Below, one piece after another: positions 23,808 to 36,236 of a DNA stretch of 64,000 nucleotides; positions within the stretch are counted from its first letter, which is position 1; every line of letters starts with the position of its first letter. The notes under the pieces are model-generated. The model worked only from the letters and a program-made list of their open reading frames with translations, did no database searches and was not told the origin of the DNA. The stretch is from assembly GCA_043228905.1 (NCBI GenBank), contig JBHGNT010000012.1, positions 15,314,001 to 15,378,000 on the forward strand. Reading direction: 5' to 3'. Source of the stretch: Azolla caroliniana (lineage: Eukaryota; Plantae; Polypodiophyta). Position numbers and translations under genes: made by a program.

Positions 23808-26800
23808 GCGTAAGCCGTCTCCTCGGCTTCCTGCACGGGGAATGCACGGCCGAGTCTCCACTACTCGCCGGCTCTTCATCGGACTGATCGTACCGATTCA
23901 GTTGTCCAATCGGTCCACTTAAACGGAGTGAAATCGGACTCTCTTGGTGGGTCTCGATTTTGGGCTCATCCGGAGGCATCTCGGCCTTGCTGACCTCATC
24001 GTCAGAACTCGGATTGGAGTCAGGGTTCGGAGTCGGGGGCTAGTACCAGGACGCGGACTCGTCAAACACAATGTCGCGGCTAACACGCGCTTGTTTGGTG
24101 CGAGGGTTATAGCACTTATAACCCTTCTACTCGTCCGAGTAACCGACCAAGATGCATTTCTCGGCCTTTGCGTCCAGCTTCCTCCTTTTCTCCTTCGGTA
24201 CATGCGCATACGCAATGCTACCGAACACCCTCAAGTGTCGCAAGTTCGGCTTGGTTCCGAAATATAGCTCGTGCGTCGACACTTTGTCTCCGATCCGGTT
24301 CTGGATGTATACTGCGGTCCTTACCGCCTCGGCCCAATAGAACTTGGGCAAGCTCTTCTCCTCCAGCATTGCCCGTGCCGCTTCCACAACTGACCGATTC
24401 TTCCTCTCGGCCACGCCATTCTGCTCCGGCGTGTATCTACAATTGAATTCGCGCCGAATTCCCATTTGTTGAATTGACCAGAAAAGTACTCTTTACCGCC
24501 ATCCGACCGCAAGCACCTAATCTTTCATCCTGTTTCCGTTTCCACGAACCCTTTGAGGTCCCGGAAACAGTCGAAGACTTCACTCTTCCTCTCAATGAGG
24601 TAGATCCACGTGTGCCGCGTGTGGTTGTCGATGAAGGAGACGAAATATCGGCTCCCGCCAAGACTAACATTTTGTGTTGGCCCCCATACATCGGAGTGTA
24701 TAAGGTCGAGCTTGTTCCGGCTCCGGTTTCACTCGTTGGGGAAAGGAAGTCGGTGTTGCTTCCCGAGCTAGCAGGCTTCACAAATTTGTGCCTTTCGGCC
24801 ACTAAATTTGGGCAATCCGAACACTACCTGTTTCGTTTGCAGATCTTGAAGCTGCTGGTAGTTGACGTGGCCTATCTGCTTGTGCCACAAGTCGATGTCC
24901 GACTCGGATTTTTGTCCCTTCGCGAACATTGCGGTGCCGCCGTCATTGGAGTCGAGGATGAACATCCTCCCGTCTCTGCACCCTTGCGCAATCACACGAC
25001 CTTCTTCCTCAATGAAGCACCCCAGGTGTGTAAACCGAACCTCCATCCCTTGGTCGATGATTTGTCTGACCGAGACCAAGTTCTTCGTAATTGTCGGAAC
25101 GTGCAGCACGTTCATGAGTTTCCCTTTCTGCCCGACATGGCTAAGGGGAACTTCTCCGACATTCGCGATCGGATGCGGAGTGTCGTCTCCAGTTGCGACT
25201 ACTCCAGGTTGTATCGGTTTTTCAAGGTACGAGAACCACTCCTTATGGCTCGTCATGTGGTTTGACGCGCCGGAGTCTACGTACCACACCTCGTCCGATC
25301 TCAGGGTGGTCCGTTTCATTGAGTTTGCTTCGTGTCTCGTCACGAAGGCAGACCCTTCTCCGGCTCTCCCGGAGTCTTCGACGTAGTGCGATCGCTGCCG
25401 ATTTCCCTTGTCGGTATGTCCGGAGCCATTTCCGGAACCGGTTCTCTCTGAATCGGCGCGCTTCTTCCAGCACTCACTTTCCCTGTGGCCTATCTTGCCA
25501 CAGTACCAGCACTCCGCGATGACCTTCCCTTGCCGGTTCTCATCGCTTCGACTCCCCCTGTTTCCGGAGGGTCCGGAGTTGCTATAGGCATCACTTCAGT
25601 GCCTTCTTCCTTGATCTCGTCGGCCGCCTCCATTGCGCGTCGACTCGCCTCGTCCTCCACGTCCACGGGGCCTATCTCCCTCCGTGTACAACATTCTGCT
25701 ATCGGTGTGCGTGCTTGTAGATGCACCCGCGTGGTTCTCCTCTACCAGGAGCATTGATTGTAAGTCGAAAAAGGACGGCGTATTCTCCCGGGTACACACA
25801 GCCGTTCGGAACGCTCCGAACTTCGACACCAAACCTCTGAGACAGATCTGGACCATCTCACTCTCCTCGATGTTCACCTCTATGGAGGCGAGGGAGTCAC
25901 AGATATCCTTGATCTTCGAGGTATAGTCCGCCACCGACAAGTCGCGTTGTCGTAGGTTGCTCAACTCCTGTCGGAGCTGAAGCTTCCTAGTTGTGGTGCT
26001 CGTGGCGAAAATCTTCTTCAGAAGTTCCCACGCACCTTTTGGCGACTTTGCATCCCGAACATAGCTCAATAGCTGTTCCCCCACACACGACGCGAAGCAG
26101 TATAATACCCTGCTCGCCGATTGCTCCCACGACGGGAAGTCTCTGTGTGTCGATTCGGGTGCCGCATCATTAGCTCCTTCGACATAACTCCAGTAGCCGT
26201 GCCCGAGCAGGTACTGGTGCATCTTGTAGGACCAAGACGCGTAGTTGGTTCTGTCAAGCTTCTCTGTTGGAAGCGAGCTCGCCATGCCTCTATCCATCGT
26301 TCTTCTTGTTCTTCTTCGTCAAGCTATGTCGGCTGCAGAGAGGTTCTCAACCCTCGCGCTCTGATACCATGTAAAAAGTAGCGTGCGGAAGCAAGTATGA
26401 AGACCGAACAGAAGGAAGAAAACTCAGGTTTAATGGAGAGCTTGAGCTTACGCAGTATACGCGGGAGAGACAGAGGGAGTGAGAGAGAGAAAACACAAGA
26501 ACTATATTCAACAAAAAATACTCAATCTCTATTCACCACTCTATACATATGTGTGTTCAATGAACACTTTTATACAAGTCCTAGAAGGACTGACCGAAGT
26601 ACTGACAGTACTTCAATGCTCATTAAGAGCTCCTACACTAACTCCCAAATATATTCCTCATGGAATATCTTTCCTAACGGCCTCCCGGTTTACGCACCGA
26701 TCCGGCCCTACCTACGCACCAGTCTGCGTACCGGTTTACGCATTCGGCCTAACCAGTCGGTCCCAACTGATCCGGTCCTCGGCTTCTTCAGCCGATCCGG

Positions 26801-28060
26801 CCGATGTTGAGCTTGTCTCTCAACATCCATCTTCTTCACGTGTATTAGTTTCAGCCTTCATTTCCTCATCGCCACCTTCCGTCTCTTGGGTCTCATGTTG
26901 GCTTTTCGATGCAACTCCCCAAGTCTCTTAAACAACTGTGGAGAAAGTCTTGACACGGCCATCCGCCATTGACTCATCCATAGCCACCTTTGACTCGATG
27001 TCGTTTTTCATGGCCATCTCCTCAATCATGTCAGCCTCACACTTTTTATCTCCCTTGGTGTCATGCAAGCTTTGCTCATGCTTGCACCTTCATCACTTGA
27101 TGTTTCAAACATGATGCATGTTCCGAAACATTTTTCCTCGCTTGAAGTGGCATTCATCACCCTCAATTCATTGGTTTCATTCTTCATCATTGTTTCTTGT
27201 TCCACACCTTCACCCGTGGTGCTGTCGTACCGATCTTGGGCCTTCATATTGGCCGTATCATTACTCCACCTTTGTTGGGAGGTCTCTTCTTCCTTGATAA
27301 CCATTTTAATCGGTTTTGGTTCCATTATAAGATTCTCTTTGGCCTCGACTTGCACCTTTAAATTCTCATATGCCTCTTTATGAAGGCCGCTATGTCGAGT
27401 ACCATCGAACCTTCCCTCTTGAAGCTCTCTTCTTTAGGTGGTAGTTTGTAGTTGCTTCTTGTCCTCCTTTCACCATTCGTCATGGGTTGTGTTGTTGCCG
27501 ATGAGAATCTTGTCTTCCTATTATCGTGTAGTCGACATTCTCTTTCCATTTTCATCCAATCCTCGATGAGGCCATTTGCTCCATCATCATCCTCAAGTCG
27601 GATTCCAATGACCTTTCTTTCCTTCAGATCTATTGATTTCACGAACATTAGGACTTTATCCACCCCCACCAATCTTAGATCGCACTCCGAGAGTTGTGCA
27701 AAGCAACACTCGAACTCAATGAAAGCATGCATGGCACTTTGGTGGGTCTTTAATGATGGTACCCATTGGTCAAACTCGTATAGGCTGCATCTCTATATGT
27801 CTCCATGAGATATCCTCTTGCCGCCTTGTTTCACGTCGGGTTCACCAAAGATGTCGCGAAAATATGACGAGGATACGTGAACTTGAGGCAAGACCCCGGG
27901 GCCTGCGACTAGAGGATATCACATTCGTGCTTTTATATTTTTAACAATTTAAAATGGAAATAAGAAATTTAATAATTTTCATTAACAAAGGAAAAGAAAT
28001 TACAATATGTCCCAAGATTGGGATTCAGAAGTTTTAGGTTTACTGAGATTAATAGAAAAG

Positions 28061-28210
28061 AAAAATTAGGGGTTTTGAGAGATATGGCTTCCGTAGGGAA
28101 AATTAGGGTTTTTGAGTGTTATGGCTTCCGTAGGGAAAATTAGGATTAGGTTATATGAGAGATATGGCTTCCGTAGGGAAAATTAGGGTTTTTGAGTGTT
28201 ATGGCTTCGA
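28061..28210. repeat. Imperfect ~40-bp tandem repeat within G3 5' LTR
   Basis: aattagggtt...atggcttccgtagggaa repeated about 4 times. Confidence 0.8.
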
Positions 28211-29275
28211 TAAGATAAGGGAGCTAACAAGGAAAAGAAAATAAAAATGGAGAGAGGATGAGTGTAGGAAAAAAAAAATGGAATTTATATGGGTTTCTTT
28301 GTTGATCCCTCATTTCATGTTCCTTTCCTCCCCATTTTTTGTTGCATGGTTTTTACCTTTAGTTGCATGCCTTCCACATGACCTTTATGCATGGCCTCCA
28401 CCTTTAGTTGCATTCCTTCTACATGACCTTTACTTTATTTTACTTTACTTTAGTTTAGTCACATGATCCCATAATCCGTAAAGTTTGGCCCATGCTTTGA
28501 TCCGTCCGGTCCATGTCCATCCTCATCCGTCTAGTTCGGTTCCGGTTCGATCGCCGGTTCCATCCGGTTGCCGGATTCGTCCAGTCACCGGCTCCATCCG
28601 GTTTTCGGTTCGATCGCCGGTTCCATCTAATTGCTAGCTCTGTCCAATTTCCGAATGTCGGCTCCGTCCGGTCGCCAAATTCGTCCAGTCGCCGGTTGCT
28701 GGATCTATCCGGTCGCCAGTTGCTGGATCCGTTCGATTTCCGGTTGTCGGCTCTACCAGGTCGCCAACTCCATCCAACTTCTAGTGGCTGGCTCTGCCCG
28801 GTCACCGGTTGCCGGATCCCTCCGTACACTGGTTCCATCCAGTTTCCGGCTCCATCCGGTTTTCGATAATATCACCGACTAGTTTGAGTTACTTCACCGA
28901 CCGGTTTGAGTTCCACCACCAGCCGATTCGAGCAACTTAGCTACATCTGTCCTTCTAGATAAGAGTGGCCCAAGCCCAACTATTTCTTTTGTGCTCTTAA
29001 CACATAGATGAGAAATGATGGTTCTCAATCTACTTATATAGATGGCTCCTAAAGTTTCCTATGTATGTGGGATATTTCAAAATTCTATTTTCTTTATCTT
29101 CTCAAACTTCATGTCCACATAACTTGATATATAGTTGTCCATTTTATATGTAGTAAAATGCGTTTTGAAGCTCTTGAGTACATCCATCTTTCTATAACAA
29201 GCCACTAATCTAATCTAAAATAATTATTTCATCATTATTATTATTTTTACATAGTGTGTGAAGATTCACATGACA

Positions 29276-30895
29276 TCGTGGTGTGGTTCAGATACAATGA
29301 GTACATGGCGCATCATTATGCGTACATGACGTGAATGGCGGAAGTGTGTGAGCCGGAGAGCTACGCAGAAGCGGCGAAGGATGCAAATTGGCATGCCGCA
29401 ATGGAGGGAGAGATGCACGCATTAGCGGACAATGAAACCTGGGACCTGGTTGATGCCCTGAAGGGTGTAAAGCCGATTGGATGCAGGTGGGTGTACAAGG
29501 TCAAGTACAACACCGACGGCTCTGTCAACTGCGACAAGACCCGATTAGTGGTGAAGGGATACACACAACAACATGGCATCGACTACAATAAGACCTTTGC
29601 GCTTATCACGACGATGACAACCGTCTGTGTTCTGCTTGCAATAGCCGTGGTAAAGGGGTGACATTTACATCAGATGGATGTAAAGAATGTGTTCCTGCAA
29701 GGAGAACTTGAGGAACACGTGTACATGGTACAACCCCCCACATTTCAGTTCAGTAAGAACACCTCGGCGGTATGCCGACTAAAGAAGTTCCTCTACGGAC
29801 TAAAACAAGCCCCGTGCGCGTGGAACATGAAGATCACGCAATGCCTGAATTGGTTGGGGTTTGCGACGTCCAAATCAGACTCTTCATTGTTCGTCCCGCA
29901 AGGTCGACATGGACCGGTTAGTATTTTACTTTATGTTGATGATTTAGTCATCACCGACGCCGACCTAGATGAAATCAGTCGTGTAAAGTCCCAGCTCGCG
30001 GCATCATTCGACATGAAGGACCTAGGGGACCTTCATTGCTTCCTAGGGATCGAAGTGATTCGCACCCCTGAAGTCATACTGATCAGCCAACGACATTACG
30101 TGCTGAGTATGCTCTTCAAATTCGGGATGGCAAACTGTAAGTCCATCTCAACTCCTCTAGACAGTAACGTCAACCTTTGCCGAGATTCGGGGAAGGCGCG
30201 TGACCCAACACAGTTCCAACAGATTGTCGGAAGCCTAATTTATTTGACGCTCACTCGGCCGGATCTTAGTTACCCGGTCCGCCTGATCAGTCAATTTATG
30301 TTGTAGCCCATGGCCGAACACCTTTAGTGCGCGGAAAGGATATTGCGCTATGTTAGCGGCACTAAGGATAGGGCACTCCTATATCGGATCGGTATTGGCG
30401 CACAGCTCGTCGGCTACTCAGATTCTGATTTGGCCAGAAACACTGGTGATCATAGATCCACATTTGGGTTCGCTTTCTCACTTGGGAGCGTCGCGATCGC
30501 TTGGAGCAACAAGAAGCAGCCGACAGTTGCATTGTCGAGCACAAAGGCTGAGTATTGAGGAGCGGTTGTTGCGACATGCGAAGCCATTTGGCTCAAGAGG
30601 CTACTCAATGATCTGCAGGTGGAGGTGTCTGCTCCAACAACGATCTACTGCGACAACCTCAGCATCATCCAACTTGCGAAAAAACCCGTTCTACGCCTGG
30701 ACCAAGCACATTGAGGTGCACTACCATTTTGTCCGTGAGCGTGTCCTCTCCGGTGAAGTCGAACTAGAGTATGTTCCGACGGATCGACAGACTGCCCAGA
30801 TCTTCCCCAAGACCCTTGGTCTCGACAAGTTGCGGCAATTCTCGGGTGCGCTTGGTTTGCGGCATCTCGATGTGCTGAACTTGAGGGGGAGAAAA
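29276..30895 (+). pseudogene. Copia A RT-RNase H
   Basis: EPESYAEA, PIGCRWVYKVK, QMDVKNVF, YVDD, TKHIEVHYHFVRE; several stops. Confidence 0.9.
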
Positions 30896-33800
30896 TGTTG
30901 GGAGACAGGTCCCTCCGCATGGGAAGGGACAAGAACGAGCCGGATGGTGCAGACCCGGTGAAGACCGGATGAGGAGTACCCGGCTACAAAGAGCCGGATG
31001 GTGCAGACCCGGTGAGAAATGCTCACCGGATGAAGAGACATATTCATAAATATGTTTCTGAGAGTCTATCGAGGCTATATTTGTAAATAGCCGAAAAGTC
31101 ATATTAGTATAAATATGACTTAGGGCAAACTTCTAGTTATAGTTGTTGCTATCATTCTTGTTGGTGCAAGGAGTGAGAGAGCACGTAACTGTGTACAGAG
31201 AGAGAGAGAGAGAGAGAGAAAGAGGTCGTTGCCTCTGTTGTAAGCGCCGCCTGTGGCGAAGATCGTGAGCACGAGGTCGTTGCCTCCATGAACTCACTGT
31301 TGTACATTCTAACATAGTGATAGTTTGCAGCCTGTGGGCTGCCGTGGTTTTTTACCCTAGTTTGGGGTTTTCCACGTAAACATCCCGCGTACTCTTCTCT
31401 TCTTCGTGTCATGTTTTTCTTTCCCGTTTTCTGTGTATGATCCTAAGCTCGGTTGTGGCCGAGCATTGTGCAAAAGGAGCCGTGAGTTCTCGTCAAGTGG
31501 TATCAGAGCATAACAACACAGAAAATGGACGAATCGTTTGGTGGCATGTTCAAGCTCACCGGCTCCAACTATTCGGTGTGGAAGTCGAAGATGAGGGACA
31601 TGCTCGTGGTTAAAGACATCTGGCTACCGGTTCAGTTCGGGGACAAGAGACCGGACAAAATCGACGCCGCGATATGGGAGGTGATGCACATGAAGACAAC
31701 GGCGTACATACGAGGCTTCATCGACATGAGCCTGTACAACAACTTCAATGAAGAGAGCAAGGCTCATGAGCTCTGGGAGAAGATCGGCATAATGTTTCAA
31801 AACAAAAATGTTGTTAATCAGGTTTCGGTATTCCGGAAGTTAGTAAGACTCCGGTACCAAGACAACTCCAGCATGGCCGAGCACATGAATTCCTTCCATG
31901 GGCTAATACACCAGGCAACTTCATTGGAGGTACCTCTCGCCGATGAGGTACTAGCACTACTCCTGCTCGGTTCCCTCCCAAATAGCTGGGAGACGTTGGT
32001 TGTCACCTTGGGCAACGCCGGGCCAGAAGGGAAACGGTTATCCCTAGCAAGAGAAAAGTCGAGCTTGCTAGATGAGGAGGCGCGTTGGAAAGATAAAGAT
32101 ACGAGCTCCGACTCCAAAGCGCTCCTTACCGAATCGGAACGCGGAAGACATAGAAACCGTAGTCCCCAGAACCGGAAGAAGTTGGGGACACGGTCAAAGT
32201 CAAGGGGAAGGCCTACTTACTTCTATTGTGGCAAGCCGGGACACTTCCAAAAGAACTGTCGGCATTTCCGAAAAGATAAGGAGACCGACGGTACCGATTC
32301 GAAGCAGACCCCGAACCGGAACGGCAAAGACCGGAGGGGGCCGGACCGGAAGGGAACGACGACAATCGCGGCAAGTGAAGAAGAGTTGATGCTCATCACC
32401 GAGGAGAGTGAGATAAACCTTGCCGGCGACGAGATGACCTGGGTGGTAGACTCAGGAGCATCGTTCCACCTTACCCCGGACCAGAAATGCTTCTCATTCT
32501 ACGTTGCCGGTGATCACGACTGTGTCCGGCTGGGGAATGAAGGTACATGCCAAATTGTCGGCATAGGAGACGTGTTGCTGACAACACCAACTGGATGCAA
32601 GCTGCTGCTGAAGGATGTCCGACACGTTCCGGAGGTCCGTTTGAACCTGATATCAGCCGGTCGGCTAGATGATGAAGGCTACACAGGTAGCATCCGGAAC
32701 GGTGTCATGAAGTTCAGCAAAGGGAGCCTGATTGTGGCTCGGGCCCGGAAGATCAACACATTGTACCTGATGAACGCCCGGTTATGTCCGGAAGAAGTGA
32801 ATGTGGCATCTGACACTGCCGGTGAGCTGTGGCACAAGAGGCTGTGTCATATGAGCGAGAAGGGGATGAAGAGGCTTGCAGACGACAACCTCATTCTAGT
32901 GAAGAACGTGCACTTGGAGAAGTGCACTGATTGTCTGGCCGGTAAGCAAAACCAGACCTCCTTCCGACCAAGGCCACCGATGAGACGTAATGCACCACTG
33001 GAGTTGGTGCATACGGATGTGTGTCAAGTAGACACGAAGTCACATGCCGGAGCGCAGTACTTCGTGACATTCATAGATGACCACAGCCGGAAGCTATGGG
33101 CCACATCGTTGAAGACGAAGGATCAGGTGCTATCCGTCTTCAAGGAGCTCCACGCGAGAGTGGAAAGAGAAACCGGCCGGAAGCTGAAGGCGGTTCGAGC
33201 AGATAACGGAGGAGAATACCGGGGGCAATTCGAGGAGTACTGCCGCTCGAAGGGAATCCGGCTCGAATTTACCGTGCCGAAGACGCCGGAACTAAACGGA
33301 CTGGCCGAGAGGATGAACCGGACCATAATGGAGAGGGTCCGGAGTATGCTAGCGCATGCCAAACTACCCAAGAAGTTTTGGGCTGAGGCATTGTCGACGG
33401 CGACATATGTGATAAATAGATCACCCTCAGTACCCTTGGACGGAGACACGCCACAGAGAGTATTGACCGGTCAGGAAGTATCCTACCGGCATCTGAAGGT
33501 ATTCGGGTGTCTCGCGTACGTGCATGTAGCTAAGGACCGGAGAGGAAAGTTAGATCCAAAGACCTGGCCATGCATATTCCTCGGTTACGGTGATGATGAG
33601 TTTGGCTACCGAATGTGGGACCTGGTCGACAAGAAGGTATTCCGGAGTTGAGATATTATCTTAATGGAGGACAAGACGCTTGCCGACTGGGAGTCGGAGA
33701 AGAAGATAATGAACTCCGAGTTGACCGGTAAGGATCGATTCTACAATGAGCAGACCCAACCGGCGAGAGACCGGTTAGCACTCGAAGAACCAGCTAAATA

Positions 33801-35930
33801 CGGTGAGGATACCGAACAGCCTGAAGAAGAAGTAGAGGAAGCCGAATCCGGAACCGGCCAAGACCCCGAATCGGATTCGGATGAAGAGCAAATGGAGGAG
33901 CCGGTTACCGAAGCCCGAAGACGGAGATATCCTCTCAGAGAGAGAAGGGCCCCCCGGAGATTTCCGGATGTAGAGCATGTGCTGCTAACCGATGAGGGGG
34001 AGCCAGAAAGCTTCGAAGAAGCGAAGGATGACACCCACAACCGCAAATGGTTAAGTGCCATGCAGGATGAGATGGATTCCCTGCATGAGAACCATACGTA
34101 CGAATTGGTGGAGTTGCCGAAAGGAAAGCGGGCACTCCGAAACAAGTGGTTGTACAAGTTGAAACCGGGAGATGCCGGCAACCCCCCAAGATACAAAGCC
34201 AGGATTGTGGTGAAGGGGTTCCAGCAGAAGAAGGGCGTGGACTTCGACGAGATATTTGCCCCGGTTGTAAAGATGACCTTGATCCGGACGGTGCTGAGTA
34301 TAGCGACAAGCATGGACCTCGAGGTAGAGCAGCTGGACGTGAAGACGACATTCCTTCACGGCGACCTCGAAGAGGAAATCTACATGCAGCAACCGGAAGG
34401 ATTCGTGGAGAAAGGGAAGGAGCACCTGGTATGCCGGTTGAAGAAGAGCCTGTACGGACTAAAGCAGGCTCCCCGTCAATGGTACCAAAAGTTCGACTCC
34501 TTCATGACCGATCAAGGGTACCACAAGACGCAGGCCGATCACTGCGTGTTTGTGAAGAAGTTTGAAGGAGGTGACTTCCTGATACTCCTTCTGTACGTGG
34601 ATGACATGTTGATCGTCGGACGGGACCAAGTCAAAATACGGATGTTGAAGAAGGCCCTCAACCGGACCTTCTCAATGAAAGACTTGGGTCCGGCAAGACA
34701 GATGCTGGGGATGCATATTATCCGGAACCGGTCAGTGAAGCAATTATGACTGTCATAGGAAAAGTACGTGACAAAGGTGCTTCACCGGTTCAACATGTCA
34801 GATGCGAAACCGGTCGGATCGACACTTCCGGCAAACTGCAGGCTATCCGGTAAGCAAAGCCCGAAGACGAAAGCAGAGAAGGCGGATATGATGAAGATTC
34901 CATATGCCTCTGCCGTCGGGAGCTTGATGTATGCAATGGTGTGTACCCGACCAGATATAGGATACGCAGTCAGAGTGGTGAGCCGGTTTATGAGCAATCC
35001 CAGCAAGGAGCACTAGAACGCGGTCAAATGGATACTCCGGTATTTGAAGGGCACTTCAAATATGTGTCTCCGATTCGGCTCCGGAAAACCTCACCTTGAT
35101 GGTTTCACCGATTCGGACATGTCGGCTGATGTGGATACCAGCCGGTCTACATCCGGGTATGTAATGACATATGCAGGGGGAGCTGTTTCGTGGCAGTCGA
35201 GGCTGCAGAAGACGGTTGCATTGTCAACCACGAAGGCAGAGTACATGGCAGCTGTGGAAGTCGGCAAGGAAATCTTATGGATGAAGGACTTCATCGGAGA
35301 GCTCGGTATCCGACAAGATGAATACCGGCTCTATTGCGACAGTCAAAGTGCCATCCATCTTGCTAAGAATGCGGCCTACCATTCCCGGACGAAGCATATC
35401 CAACGAAGATATCACTGGATCTGGGAAAGAGTAGATGACCAGGAGTTCACACTGACGAAGATCCACACGGCCGAGAACGGGTCAGATATGCTGACCAAAG
35501 TTCTGATACCCGACAAGCTGGACACATGCCGAAAGAGGATCGGACTAATAATACACCCCATGCCGGAGTGAAGGGGGAGTTTGTTGGGAGACAGGTCCCT
35601 CCGGATGGGAAGGGAGAAGAACGAGCCGGATGGTGCAGACCCGGTGAAGGCCGGATGAGTACCCGGCTACGGAGAGCCGGATGGTGCAAATCCGGTGAAG
35701 ACCGGATGAGGAGTACCCGGCTTTGGAGAGCCGGATGGTGCAGACATGGTGAGGAATGCTCACTGGATGAAGAGACATATTCGTAAATAGGTTTCTGAGA
35801 GTCTATCGAGGCTATATTTGTAAATAGCCGAAAAGTCATATTAGTATAAATATGACTTAGGGCAAACTTCTAGTTATAGTTGTTGTTGTCATTCTTGTTG
35901 GTGCAAGGAGTGAGAGAGTGCGTAACTGTG

Positions 35931-35967
<37 letters not shown>

Positions 35968-36236
35968 GTCGTTGCCTCTGTTGTAAGCGCCACCTGTGGC
36001 GAAGATCGTGAGCACGAAGTCGTTGCCTCCGTGAACTCACTGTTGTACTCTAACATAGTGATAGTTTGCAGCCTGTGGGCTGCCGTGGTTTTTTACCCTA
36101 GTTTGGGGTTTTCCACGTAAACATCTCGCTTACTCTTCTCTTCTTCGTGTCGTGTTTTTCTTTCCCGTTTTCTATGTATGATCCTAAGCTCGGTTGTGGC
36201 CGAGCGTTGTGCAAAAGGAGCCGTGAGTTCTCGTCA
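30896..36236 (+). mobile_element. Ty1/Copia element C (Tnt1/Tork-like), full length, inserted in Copia A
   Basis: LTRs 30896-31495 and 35582-36236; TSD GAAAA; PBS iMet at 31498; PPT gaagggggag before 35582. Confidence 0.95.
31525..35571 (+). pseudogene. Copia C gag-pol (single frame, four premature stops)
   Basis: ORFs 31525-33651, 33664-34749, 34768-35016 and 35044-35571 share one frame; WVVDSGAS, ADNGGEY, YVDDML, SRTKHIQRRYHW. Confidence 0.93.

Larger units (their letters stand above)
20841..26297 (-). pseudogene. Copia B gag-pol polyprotein (interrupted)
   Basis: ORFs 25596-26297, 24768-25343, 24127-24465, 21426-22838 and 20841-21398 with DSGAS, SDGGKEY, TPEQNGVAER, KARLVAKG, YVDD, ARTKHIEVHYHFVRE. 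Confidence 0.92.
20076..26825 (-). mobile_element. Ty1/Copia element B, full length, decayed, inserted in G3
   Basis: 456-bp LTRs 20076-20531 and 26370-26825 (about 12 differences by eye); TSD TCCAT; PBS iMet 26369-26358; PPT 20532-20543; gag-PR-INT-RT(YVDD)-RH order. Confidence 0.95.
18745..29275 (-). mobile_element. Non-autonomous gag-only Gypsy derivative G3 (related to G1)
   Basis: 5' LTR 29275-27852; truncated 3' LTR 19332-~18745; exact tRNA-Trp PBS 27847-27831; PPT region 19333-19370 nearly identical to G1 6807-6845; gag homology in ORF 27358-27732 (VDKVLMFVKSID...LEDDDGANGLIEDW); no pol motifs. Confidence 0.8.

Noticed and set aside
27831-27847. tRNA-Trp gene fragment
   Set aside because: Only the 17 3'-terminal nt including CCA are present, next to an LTR end: it is a PBS.
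28061-28210. Interstitial telomere repeat
   Set aside because: TTAGGG occurs once per ~40-bp unit, not as a tandem telomeric tract.
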